Origin: Dokdonella sp.
GTDB taxonomy: Bacteria; Pseudomonadota; Gammaproteobacteria; Xanthomonadales; Rhodanobacteraceae
Direction of reading: 5' to 3'
Assembly: GCF_036518555.1 (NCBI RefSeq)
Contig: NZ_DATDMY010000003.1
Coordinates: 2,626-66,625, forward strand
Length of the DNA stretch: 64,000 nt
Shown: positions 55,128 through 64,000 of the stretch, piece by piece
Layout of the letters: every line of letters starts with the position of its first letter
Position numbering within the stretch: position 1 is the stretch's first letter
Notes under the pieces: generated by a model
The model's input: only the letters and a program-made list of their open reading frames with translations
What the model was told of the DNA's origin: nothing
Databases searched by the model: none
Made by a program: the position numbers and the translations under genes

Positions 55128-56366
55128 TCAGACGCCGAACGGATACGTGTCCGGCGGTTCGTGGCGCACCCAGTGCTCGCCGACGTCGATCGGTTCGACC
55201 GCGCTGGTTTCCTCGAGATGGAACACCGCATCGAACTGCGCGCCGAGCAGCGCGGAGAAATAGTGGCTCTCGAGTTCGGTTTCCGGCCGGTAGACCACGC
55301 CGATCGCGCGCTCGAGCGCGGGGCTGTCGATCGTGGCGACGACGTCGTCGCGCAAGGGCAGGAAGAAGCGATCGAGGTTCGTCGCGTAGAACGCATGCTC
55401 GTAGCTGTCGCGGCGAGCCGGACGCACCCAGCGCCGTTCGGCGGGCTGGTCCCAGTCGCGCGCGGCGGTGACATGGCCGGTGTAGGTCGTGAAGCCGACG
55501 AGCAGCGCGTTCTCGCGACCGACCTCCTCGCGCACGAGCTGGCCGACGTTCCACTCGCCGCGCTTGCTCATGGCCGTCGCGCGCGCGTCGCCCATATGGG
55601 AGTTGTGCGCCCACACGACGATGCGCCCATTGCGTCCGTTGTCGCGCACGTGGCGGCGCAGTGCGAGCAGGGTGTTCACCATGTGGGCGTCGCGCAGGTT
55701 CCAGGTGTTGGCCCGGCCGGCGAACATCGCGCGGTAGTAGTGTTCGGCATTCAGCACGACGTATGCGTTGCGTTCGGCGACGAACTGCTCGTCCGACTTC
55801 GCGCGGCCGTCGTCGGCGCGATACTCGGGCGCCTTGCGCACGAGGTCGACGAGGAGCCTCGCCGCGGCATCGCGGCACGGTGGGCGCAGCCCGGCCGCGG
55901 CCGCGTAGCCGTAATCCTGCGGATCGCGCACGTGGTCGAGGCAGGCGTAGAGGCGCTTCGCTGCTTCCACCTGGCCGGGGTCGACCTGTTCGAGGTAGGC
56001 GATCACGGCCTCGGCGGACCGATAGAGGCTGTAGAGGTCGAGTCCATGGATGCCGATCCTCGCGGCCTCCGGCAGTGCGGCGTTGTGGGCGTGCAGCCAT
56101 TGCATGAAATCGCGGACGACGCGGTTGCGCCACATCCAGGTCGGGAATCGCCGGAACTCGTCGAATGCCGCATCGAGCGTCACCGAGCCGCCGTTGCACG
56201 CGTAGCGGTTCAGGCGAAGCGTGTCGGGCCAGTCGCCCTCGATCGCGATGGCATCGAAGCCATGCTCCTCGATCAGGCGTCGCGTGATGCGCGCGCGCAT
56301 CTCGTAGAACTCGTGGATGCCGTGGCTCGCCTCGCCCAGCAACACGAACGCACGCTCGCCGACCAA
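55128..56366 (-). pseudogene. Erythromycin-esterase-family protein lacking its 5' end
   Basis: VLLGEASHG, EGDWPD, FPTWMWRN, WNLRDAHM, VWAHNSH, ERAIGVVY, TYPFGV; no start or RBS and no N-terminal leader before LVGERAFVLLGEASHG. Confidence 0.7.
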
Positions 56367-57962
56367 GACCGGTGGGCTCGCCGACGTCTGCGGCGCGCTG
56401 CCGAAGGCGCTCGTCGCGGCCGGTGCCGACGTGCGCGTGATCATGCCCGCATATCCGTCGACGCTCGATGGCGTGGCCGATCTTCGACTCGAGGTCGAGT
56501 TCGGCGAGGTGCTCGGCGCGCATCCGGTGCGCCTCCTGCGCGCGACCCTGCACGGCTCCGGGATCGTGGTCTGGCTGGTCGACTGCCCGACGCTGTACCA
56601 GCGACCCGGCACGCCCTACCTCGATGCGAACGGCGACGAGTGGCCGGACAACGCGATCCGCTACGGCGTGCTCTGCCACGTCGCGAGCCGCGTCGCGCTC
56701 GGCTGCACGGGCAGCGCGTGGACCCCGGACGTCGTGCATTGCCATGACTGGCACACGGGTCTCGTGCCGCTCCTGCTTCGGCGCGCGCACGCGCGTCCGC
56801 GCAGCGTGTTCACGGTGCACAATGCGGCATTCCAGGGCAATTTCCCGTTGGCGACGGCCGCGCTGCTCGAGTTGCCGCGCGACGGCGCCGCGTTCGAGGG
56901 TTTCGAGTTCTACGGCCAGCTCTCGTTCCTCAAGTGCGGCCTCGCCTTCGCCGACAAGGTGACCACGGTCAGCCCCACCTATGCCCGCGAGCTCGCCACG
57001 GCGGAATTCGGCTGCGGACTCGAAGGCCTGTTCGCGAGTCGTGGCGCCGATTTCGTCGGCATCATGAACGGCATCGACACCGAGGTCTGGAATCCGGCCA
57101 CCGATCCGTTCCTCGTCGACCGCTACTCCGCCGGCGACCCTTCCGGCAAGTTCGCGTGCAAGGCCGCGCTGCAGGACGAACTCGGCTTGCGCAGGGACGC
57201 CGAGGCCCCCGTCGCGATCTTCGCGAGTCGCGTGACGACGCAGAAGATGGCGGACGTGCTGCTCGGCAGGTTGCCCGTGCTCATGGAGCGCAACCCCCGC
57301 TTGCAGTTCGCAATGCTCGGCCACGGCGACCGCTCGCTCGAATCCGCCTATGCGGAGTTCGCGCGCGCGCACGCGGGGCGCGCCGCGGTGGACATCGGCT
57401 ACCGGGAATCGAGCGCGCACCGCCTGCATGCGGGGGCCGATTTCCTGCTGCACGGCTCGCGCTTCGAACCGTGCGGACTCGCCCAGCTCTATGCGATGCG
57501 CTACGGCGCGATCCGATCGTGCGTCGCGTCGGCGGGCTTGCCGACAGCGTCGTCGACGCCGGCAGCGGGAGCGGAGGCCGGGCGACCGGTTTCGTGTTCG
57601 AAGCGGCGACCGGCGACGCGCTCGAGGACGCCGTGCAGCGCTGCCTCGATCTGTACGCGACGCGTGGCGAAGCGTGGCGCGCGATGCGCCTGCGCGCGAT
57701 GGCTTCGGACTTCGGCTGGACGCGATCCGCGCAAGCGTACCTCGACCTGTACGCGCAGGCGCTGCAGGCCTGCGCGCCCGTGTCGGACGGCCGCGCGGCG
57801 GCGGAGCGGGGCACTCGCGCGCACCTTCGCGACGGCGCCCGGTCGCTCGTCCACGGCCGCAGCGCTTACGAATGGAGTCGGCGCCTTCCGTCCCCCATCC
57901 AACGCGCCAGCGCGCACGCCGGAGGTTCCCATGAAACTCACGCTCAGCGTGATCAAGGCTGA
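56365..57962 (+). pseudogene. glgA: Glycogen synthase, 5'-truncated and frameshifted
   Basis: Begins at KTGGLADV with no upstream Met; HCHDWH, TVHNAAFQG, TTVSPTYA, SRFEPCGLAQLYAMRYG; 1-nt loss near 57514, after which IVRRVGGLADSV continues in another frame. Confidence 0.85.
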
Positions 57963-59067
57963 CATCGGTTCGGTCGGCGGCCACATCCGCCCGTCCGCGG
58001 CACTGCTCGATCGCGTGCGCGAGCGCATCGAGCGCTGGCGTGGCCGACTCCTGATCGATGCGCGCGTGAGCGCGACCGGCGACGACATCGCGATCCTCAT
58101 GACGCACCGGCAGGGCATCGGCGCCGAAGCCATCCATCGGCTCGCCTGGGACGCGTTCGTCGCCGGCACCGAAACCGCGCGCAAGCAGGGGCTCTACGGC
58201 GCCGGCCAGGATCTGCTCAAGGACGCGTTCTCGGGCAACGTGCGCGGCATGGGACCGGCCGCCGCCGAGATGGAGATCGAGGAGCGGCCTGCGGAGCCGT
58301 TCCTGTTCTTCGCCGCCGACAAGACCGACCCCGGCGCGTTCAATCTGCCGCTCTACCTCGCGTTCGCCGACCCGATGAACACGCCGGGCTTGCTGCTTTC
58401 GCCGGAACTGGCGAAAGGCTTCCGGTTCGTGATCATGGACGTCGGACACAGCGAGGGCGACCGCGTGATCGAACTGGAGGCGCCGGCGGACCTTTACGCG
58501 ATCGCCGCGCTGCTGCGGGACACGGAGCGGTACGTGGTCGAATCGGTGTACTCGCGCGCGAGCGGCGAGCAGGCGGTCGCGGCGTGCACGACGCGACTGC
58601 ACAACATCGCGGGCAAGTACACCGGCAAGGACGATCCGGTGATGCTCGTGCGCGTGCAGAAGGATTTCCCGGCGACCGGCGAAGTCGTGGCTCCGTTCGC
58701 GATGGACCCGCTCGTCGCCGGCGGCATGCGCGGCTCGCACAACATGCCGCTGATGCCGGTGCCGCTCGAGAGCGGGATCAGCTACTTCGACGGCCCGCCG
58801 ATCATCACGTGTGCGGCGTACTGCGTGCACGACGGCTCGCTCACCGAAGCCGAGGACGTGTTCGCCCACCCGTTCTGGCAGCGGGTGCGCCACCATGCGG
58901 CCGACAAGGCGATCGAGCTGCGCCGCCAGGGATTTTTCGGCGCAGCGATGCTGCCGATGAACGAGCTCGAATACACCGGCATCACGAGCATGCTCGCCGC
59001 GCTGGAACCGCGCTTTCGCGTGCGCGCGACGGATTCGGCAGCCGTACCGAAGTCTGCCGCGCACTAG
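57931..59067 (+). CDS. fbp: Fructose-1,6-bisphosphate aldolase/phosphatase (class V, archaeal-type)
   Basis: SVIKADIGSVGGH, GDDIAILMTH, LYGAGQDLLKDAFSGNVRGMGP, DKTDPGAFN, KYTGKDDP, GGMRGSHNMPLMP; GGAGG RBS. Confidence 0.9.
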   Translation: MKLTLSVIKADIGSVGGHIRPSAALLDRVRERIERWRGRLLIDARVSATGDDIAILMTHRQGIGAEAIHRLAWDAFVAGTETARKQGLYGAGQDLLKDAFSGNVRGMGPAAAEMEIEERPAEPFLFFAADKTDPGAFNLPLYLAFADPMNTPGLLLSPELAKGFRFVIMDVGHSEGDRVIELEAPADLYAIAALLRDTERYVVESVYSRASGEQAVAACTTRLHNIAGKYTGKDDPVMLVRVQKDFPATGEVVAPFAMDPLVAGGMRGSHNMPLMPVPLESGISYFDGPPIITCAAYCVHDGSLTEAEDVFAHPFWQRVRHHAADKAIELRRQGFFGAAMLPMNELEYTGITSMLAALEPRFRVRATDSAAVPKSAAH

Positions 59068-59161
59068 TCACGCCGGATTCCACGGCTTCGCTGGAGTCCA
59101 TGCCGGATGCGCGCGCCCACCCGCAGCACCGTCGCCGCCGCGGAACCGCGGGCGCGCAGCA

Positions 59162-59860
59162 TCACGATTCGGCCCGGACCTCGTCCGCGCGCTTGTCCCC
59201 GGTGATCATCGCCCGCACGAGGTTCTCCCGGTGCGCGACGCTCGCGACGATGACGCCGGCGATGTGCAGCGCGACGAGCACGAGCACGATGTTCGCGAGG
59301 ATCTCGTGGAGTTCCTCCATCGAACTTTCGCGGTGTTCGCCGGTTGCGCTCGCCGGGGCGGGCCGCGCACGGTCCTCGTCGTCGTCGCCGTCGCGGTGCT
59401 CCGCCATCGCCGACGCCGATGTGCCGCCGAAGAAGGGCGCCAGCGGACCCTGGTTCTCTTCCGTCGCGAGCGTCACCAGGCCGGTCAGCACCGTTGCGGT
59501 GAGCGCCGCCAGCAGCAGGTAGACCATCCAGGCACCCGCCGGGCTGTGGCCGAGATGGCGTTTCGATCGGCCGCGCACGAGGTTGCCGAGGTAGGCCAGG
59601 GCGCGGAATGGGCCGAACGCGAAGTCGCTGAAGCGCGCGTGCCGGGAGCCGATGAAGCCCCAGATCACGCGCAGGACGATCAGCCCGCCGACGAAATATC
59701 CGGCCCAGACGTGCACCGACAGCGTGGCATCTTCGGGTTCGGTGAAATACGCGACGAAGAAGGCGATCACGAGCGACCAATGGAACAGTCGAACGAATCC
59801 GTCCCAGACCCTGACCTCAAGCACCGACATGGGCATCACCTCGTTGGGAACCTCGTGCAT
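59162..59860 (-). CDS. Membrane diheme cytochrome b (Ni/Fe-hydrogenase-b/b561 type)
   Basis: VWDGFVRLFHW, HVWAGY, HSPAG, ELHE, LHIAGV, ENLVRAMITG; TGATG coupling to ccp. Confidence 0.85.
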   Translation of the reverse strand: MHEVPNEVMPMSVLEVRVWDGFVRLFHWSLVIAFFVAYFTEPEDATLSVHVWAGYFVGGLIVLRVIWGFIGSRHARFSDFAFGPFRALAYLGNLVRGRSKRHLGHSPAGAWMVYLLLAALTATVLTGLVTLATEENQGPLAPFFGGTSASAMAEHRDGDDDEDRARPAPASATGEHRESSMEELHEILANIVLVLVALHIAGVIVASVAHRENLVRAMITGDKRADEVRAES

Positions 59861-60900
59861 CACTCGAGCATGTCGCCCGGCGTCGGCGGCAGGCGCGGCA
59901 TCGTCTGCTGCGGGAACTCGCCGCTCAAGGCGTCGAGGAACGCGACGATGTCCGCGACGTCGGCGTCCGTCGGCGACTTGTCCAACTGCGTCTTCGCCAT
60001 CACGCGCACGGCCTCGGGCAGGGACTTGACCAGGCCGTTGTGGAAGTACGGCGCGGTGAAGGCGAGATTGCGCAGGGTCGGCACGCGCCAGAGGTTCTGG
60101 TCCTCGCTCTTGCCCGTCTGCACGGCCTTGCCGCCGTCGTCGAGCAGGTGGTAGCGCGCGACATAGGGATTGTCGAGATACGTCGGGAACTTCATGAAGA
60201 ATCCGGTGCCCGGCGGGAGGGCGGGGCCGCTGAAGTTCGCGCCGGAGTGACACGCCGTACAGCCGATCGAGGCGAAGGCCTGCATCCCGCGTTGCTGCTG
60301 CGCGGTCAGCGCGGCCTTGTCGCCCTTGACGAAGCGGTCGTACGGGCTGTTCGGCGTGATCAGCGTGCGTTCGTACGCGGCAATCGCCTTCGCGATCGAG
60401 TCCTCGTCGATCTTCACCCCCTTGCCGAACGCACGCTCGAAGGCGGGCGCGTACCCGGAGATCCGCCGGATACGGTCGACGGCGAGATCGAGTTTCGGCA
60501 TGCCCATCTCGATCGGGTTCACGATCGGTCCCTTCGCCTGCGCCTCGAGACTCGGTGCACGGCCGTCCCAGAACTGCACGGAATGGAACGCCGCGTTCCA
60601 TACCGTCGGCGAGTTGCGGCCGCCGAGCTGGCCGTGCACGCCGATCGAGGTCGGCCGATGATCGTCGCCGCCTTCCATCACGTTGTGGCACGAGAAGCAC
60701 GACACCGTGCCGGTCGACGACAGGCGCGGATCGAAGTACAGCATCTTGCCGAGCTCGATCTTCGCCGGCGTCGTCGGATTGTCCGCGGGCGCCGGTGCTT
60801 GGTTCGGCAATGCCTGCCAGTCGGCAGCCGTCGCGCCGGTCGGCGCGAGCGATGCGATGAGCGCGAGCGCGACGAGCAGCCAATGCGTGGGCGAAGTCAT
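59860..60900 (-). CDS. ccp: Diheme cytochrome c peroxidase (CCP/MauG family)
   Basis: LGKMLYFDPRLS, CFSCH, RNSPTVWN, QFWDGRA, CTACH, VPTLRN...APYFHNG; signal peptide. Confidence 0.9.
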   Translation of the reverse strand: MTSPTHWLLVALALIASLAPTGATAADWQALPNQAPAPADNPTTPAKIELGKMLYFDPRLSSTGTVSCFSCHNVMEGGDDHRPTSIGVHGQLGGRNSPTVWNAAFHSVQFWDGRAPSLEAQAKGPIVNPIEMGMPKLDLAVDRIRRISGYAPAFERAFGKGVKIDEDSIAKAIAAYERTLITPNSPYDRFVKGDKAALTAQQQRGMQAFASIGCTACHSGANFSGPALPPGTGFFMKFPTYLDNPYVARYHLLDDGGKAVQTGKSEDQNLWRVPTLRNLAFTAPYFHNGLVKSLPEAVRVMAKTQLDKSPTDADVADIVAFLDALSGEFPQQTMPRLPPTPGDMLE

Positions 60901-60972
60901 GATCGATCTCCTCTGGGACGCCGTAGGTACGACCACCGCAGCGGAATTCTCGCCCTGACGACGCGGGGCCAA

Positions 60973-60986
60973 TTGATGTCGATCAA
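60973..60986. promoter_or_regulatory. FNR-type box between ccp and the AI-2E transporter
   Basis: TTGATgtcgATCAA, perfect consensus. Confidence 0.8.
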
Positions 60987-61066
60987 TTGGGCATGGCACG
61001 CCGGCCGGCTACGATCCGCGCGGAGGTCGTCGAGACGCGATGCGACCCGTGTAATCCGCGCCCGCC

Positions 61067-62161
61067 ATGCCGATGGGTCCGACCATGCAGTCCCCGCTGC
61101 CGCCAAGCCGGATCATCCTGCGCACGACGTTCGCCTTGCTGCTCGTGTACGGTTGCTGGCTCGTGCTGGCACCGTTCGCACCGGCGATCTTCTTCGCGAT
61201 CGCGATCGTCGTCTCCACCTGGCCCGTGCACGCGTGGCTGCTGTCGCGGATAGGGCAACGGCGCACGATCGGCAGCCTCCTGTCCTGCAGCCTCGTCGCG
61301 ATCGCGGTCATCGTCCCGATCGGGATGCTGTTCGTCGCGTTCCGCGACGCTGCCGCATGGCTGCTCGCATGGTTGGACGAGTGGAATGCAGGTTCACACG
61401 CGCGCTGGCCGGCCTGGCTGCAGGCCATTCCCTGGATCGGCGGCCACCTCGAGTCGTGGGGCAATGCTTCCTCCGCCGGCCTCGCCGCGTGGGTGACGTC
61501 GTTCGGCGACGGGACACGCAGGATCCTCGTGGCAACCGTGAGGGCGTTCGGGAGCGGGATCGGGCAGATCGCGCTGGCCGCGCTGCTCCTGTTCGCATTG
61601 TACAAGGACGGAGATCGCGTCGGCCGGCGACTCGCCGCGTTCGTCGCCGACGTCGGCGGCGAGTGGGGGCGCGAATCCCTGCAGACCGTGCACCGCACGA
61701 TCGTCGCCGTGATGCTCGGCGTGCTCGGTACCGCGTTGGCGCAGGCGGTCGTCGCAATCGGCGGCTTCGCGCTCGCGGGCGTGCCCAATGCCTTCCTTCT
61801 CGGCGCACTCACGTTCGTGCTTTCGATGGCACCGGTCGGTCCACCCCTCGTCTGGGGCGGCGCCGCGCTCTGGCTGATGCGGGAAGGACAGCCAGGGTGG
61901 TCGATCTTCATGTTGGCCTACGGCGTGCTCGGGATCAGCCTCATCGACAACGTCATCAAGCCGCTGCTGATCAGCCGATCGAGCCGGCTTCCATTCGCGA
62001 TGACCCTCATGGGCGTCGTCGGCGGAATGCTCGCGTTCGGGGTCGCGGGCATCTTCATCGGACCCGCGCTGCTCGCGGTCGCGATCGATCTCGGCCGGCA
62101 GTGGGCGCACGCGGGGGGCGACGTCACCGCGGATTCGCCTCCACGCGAGCCCCTTCGCTGA
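61067..62161 (+). CDS. AI-2E (UPF0118/PerM) family transporter
   Basis: Multiple TMs; DNVIKPLLI, GGMLAFGVAGIFIGP motifs; start may be a downstream Met. Confidence 0.9.
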   Translation: MPMGPTMQSPLPPSRIILRTTFALLLVYGCWLVLAPFAPAIFFAIAIVVSTWPVHAWLLSRIGQRRTIGSLLSCSLVAIAVIVPIGMLFVAFRDAAAWLLAWLDEWNAGSHARWPAWLQAIPWIGGHLESWGNASSAGLAAWVTSFGDGTRRILVATVRAFGSGIGQIALAALLLFALYKDGDRVGRRLAAFVADVGGEWGRESLQTVHRTIVAVMLGVLGTALAQAVVAIGGFALAGVPNAFLLGALTFVLSMAPVGPPLVWGGAALWLMREGQPGWSIFMLAYGVLGISLIDNVIKPLLISRSSRLPFAMTLMGVVGGMLAFGVAGIFIGPALLAVAIDLGRQWAHAGGDVTADSPPREPLR

Positions 62162-63329
62162 GGTTCGAGCCCGGATACACGACGACGAGCTCGCCTTCCC
62201 GCAGGCCGCTTCCGACCAGCGCATCCTGCGACCCTCGCGCTTCCAACTCCACCGCGCGTTTGCGCGCCCGGCCGTCGGTCGCGACGAACGTCGTCCATTG
62301 CGATCCTTCCCGGAACAGGGCGCTGACGGGTACCGTCAGCACGCCCTTGCGCTCGTCGACGATGATGCGGGCATCCACCCGGTAGCCGTCGCCGACCGCG
62401 CGCCATCGCTCGCCGACGGACGTGGGATCGATCACGACGTTGACGCGCTGCTCCTCGACGCCCAGCGCCGAAATCTTCGTGAACGCCGACGGCTCGACGC
62501 GTCGGACCCGACCTTCCGCCGTGCCGTCCTCGCCCCAGTGCTCGAACTGCACGCGGTCGCCCGGCTGGATCGACACCGCGTCGGAACTCAGGACATCCAC
62601 GATCACCTCGAGATCGGCGGGATCGCCGAGCTCGAGCAACGGCGTACCCGTGAGTACGCCACGCTCGCTTTCCTGCAGCACGCGGAGCACGACGCCGGCA
62701 GCGGGCGCCTTGACCGGCCAGGGCTTCGCCGCCGCGCCCTTCGCGCCCGACATCGCCTGCGACAGCGCGGCGCGCGCCGCGTCGAGTGCATGGGACGCCG
62801 CATGACGCGCCTCGCGCGCCGCCTCGAGTTCCTTTTCGCGAGCGCTCAGCAGCAAGGTCGCGCTGTCGCGTTCGGCGGCGGTGACGAAGCCCTTCGCGGC
62901 GAGGTTGCCGATGCGGGTCGCGTCCGCGCGGGCCAGATCGACCGCCGCCTCCGCGCGTCCGATGTTCGCCGCGGCACTGAGGACCTCGGCGTCGGCCGCT
63001 TCCAGGCGTGCGGTCAGTTCCCGTTCGGTGCGCGCATCGAGCAAGGCCGGAATCGCGGGCACGATGTTCGCGAGTACGTCGCCGGGAGCGACGCGATCGC
63101 CTTCCCTGAGAACGATGCGTTCCAGCGTCCCGGCAAGCGGGGACGAAATCGTGAATCGGTTGCGCACGCGCGTCTTGCCGTCCTCTTCGACGGTGCGCTG
63201 GAACGTACCGCGCGCGACGCGCGCGGTGTCGACCCGGACGGCCGCGAGCATGAATGCCCAGGCCAGCAGGCCGGCCGCAGCGGCGACGAACGCGCCGGCG
63301 ATGGCGAGGCGCTTCAGGGACATGCTCAT
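62124..63329 (-). CDS. HlyD/MFP-family periplasmic adaptor of an ABC exporter
   Basis: VEEDGKTRVR, SSPLAG.LERI, VEPSAFTKISALGVEEQRV; ATGA overlap with the permease. Confidence 0.85.
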   Translation of the reverse strand: MSMSLKRLAIAGAFVAAAAGLLAWAFMLAAVRVDTARVARGTFQRTVEEDGKTRVRNRFTISSPLAGTLERIVLREGDRVAPGDVLANIVPAIPALLDARTERELTARLEAADAEVLSAAANIGRAEAAVDLARADATRIGNLAAKGFVTAAERDSATLLLSAREKELEAAREARHAASHALDAARAALSQAMSGAKGAAAKPWPVKAPAAGVVLRVLQESERGVLTGTPLLELGDPADLEVIVDVLSSDAVSIQPGDRVQFEHWGEDGTAEGRVRRVEPSAFTKISALGVEEQRVNVVIDPTSVGERWRAVGDGYRVDARIIVDERKGVLTVPVSALFREGSQWTTFVATDGRARKRAVELEARGSQDALVGSGLREGELVVVYPGSNLSEGARVEANPR

Positions 63330-64000
63330 TCCCTCGTCTTCAGTACGCCCACGAGATCGAGTCGCTCGACGCGCCGTCGCACGATCGACGCGCTCGCGAC
63401 ACCGGCCGCGACGACCGCGACGGCCGCGAACGCGTACGTGCGCGCCGACACGATCACGGGGATTTCGATCAGATCGGAATGGGTCAGCTGGACCACGAGC
63501 CAGGACAGACCGTAGCCGAGCGTGCAGCCCACGGGAAGGGCGAGTGCAAGCTCGATCGCGAGTTCCCACAGCAGCAATCCCGACACCTCCATGCTCGTGA
63601 AGCCGAGCACGCGCAGGCTCGCGAGTTCCCACGCGCGTTCGGCCAGCGCGATGCGCGCGCTGTTGTAGACGACGCCGAGGGCGATGACGAGCGCGAATGC
63701 GGTGAGGATTCCCGTGAACACGAGCACGTTACGCGCCATGGTTGCGCGGAAGTTGTCGAGCATGGAGCGCTTGCTCGCTGCCGTAGCCACCCGCGGCAAG
63801 CCCCTCAAGGCGGCGAAGAACGCGTCCGCACGGGCCCGGTCGACGCTGACCGAGGCGAGGTTGGACGAATCGCCCTCGCGCAGGAGGCGGTTCAATGCGC
63901 CGACGTTCATGTAGGCGGACATGCCGATGGGGTCCTGCACGGTGCCGGCCACCTGGACCTGGCGCATCGCGCGATCGCCCTCGAGCAGCTCGACGACGAC
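63326..64000 (-). CDS. ABC transporter permease, FtsX/MacB-like (partial, 3' end only)
   Basis: GVVYNSARIALAERAWELASLRVLGF, VRRRVERLDLVGVLKTRE. Confidence 0.85.
   Translation of the reverse strand, partial: VVVELLEGDRAMRQVQVAGTVQDPIGMSAYMNVGALNRLLREGDSSNLASVSVDRARADAFFAALRGLPRVATAASKRSMLDNFRATMARNVLVFTGILTAFALVIALGVVYNSARIALAERAWELASLRVLGFTSMEVSGLLLWELAIELALALPVGCTLGYGLSWLVVQLTHSDLIEIPVIVSARTYAFAAVAVVAAGVASASIVRRRVERLDLVGVLKTRE

Noticed and set aside
39714-56365. Single large inversion explaining both junctions
   Set aside because: Reversing the segment would join GroEL-N to the esterase and CBS-N to glgA, not restore any gene; two independent deletions or misjoins fit better.
55128-56366. 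Macrolide resistance gene (ere)
   Set aside because: Belongs to the broad erythromycin-esterase-like family commonly found in stress islands, and it is 5'-truncated; no evidence for resistance.
56317-59067. 916-aa GlgA-FBP aldolase/phosphatase fusion ORF
   Set aside because: Produced by a 1-nt loss near 57514; the linker is out-of-frame GlgA sequence, fbp has its own GGAGG RBS and ATG at 57931, and the ORF start lies in antisense esterase DNA.
59162-59860. Hydrogenase operon
   Set aside because: Only the cytochrome b-type subunit is present; no large or small hydrogenase subunits or maturation genes.
1-64000. CRISPR arrays, tRNA/rRNA, IS elements, prophage or anti-phage defence genes
   Set aside because: No regularly spaced repeats, RNA gene signatures, transposase, integrase, phage structural or nuclease motifs were recognised by eye; a tRNAscan/Infernal/DefenseFinder run would be the decisive check.

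Overview
A gene-dense window of roughly 70% GC (estimated by eye), probably from a Xanthomonadales/Rhodanobacteraceae (Dokdonella-like) chromosome; the taxonomy is inferred from gene content only. No rRNA, tRNA, CRISPR array, integrase or IS element was seen. From left to right: (1) a beta-helix lipoprotein plus SO2930-type diheme cytochrome pair, an AraC regulator, DUF349, TraB, and aguA/aguB split by an antisense PAS-GGDEF gene, then rpmJ. (2) A tightly coupled minus-strand run: ECF sigma, zinc anti-sigma, S8 protease, decaheme MtrA/MtoA, MtrB porin, cytochrome c4 and a cupredoxin. This is an MtrC-less outer-membrane electron conduit attached to its own signalling cassette and is the best candidate for an undescribed system. 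(3) An RpoE-ChrR singlet-oxygen regulon island (CryB-type photolyase, a furan-fatty-acid-type gene set, lipocalin and two unstudied secreted proteins) marked by five copies of a GCATCC-N16-CGTA promoter. (4) A 26-kb low-oxygen island marked by at least eight FNR-type boxes (USPs, Hsp20, MgtA, phasin, dodecin, FtsH, BON, ADH, archaeal-type FBP aldolase/phosphatase, cytochrome c peroxidase plus cytochrome b). It contains a SqrR/BigR-controlled SqrA-DUF2892-RND-SqrF sulfide module, two apparent deletion junctions (groEL/CBS and esterase/glgA) and a glgA frameshift. All product names come from motif recognition by eye; no database search was run.
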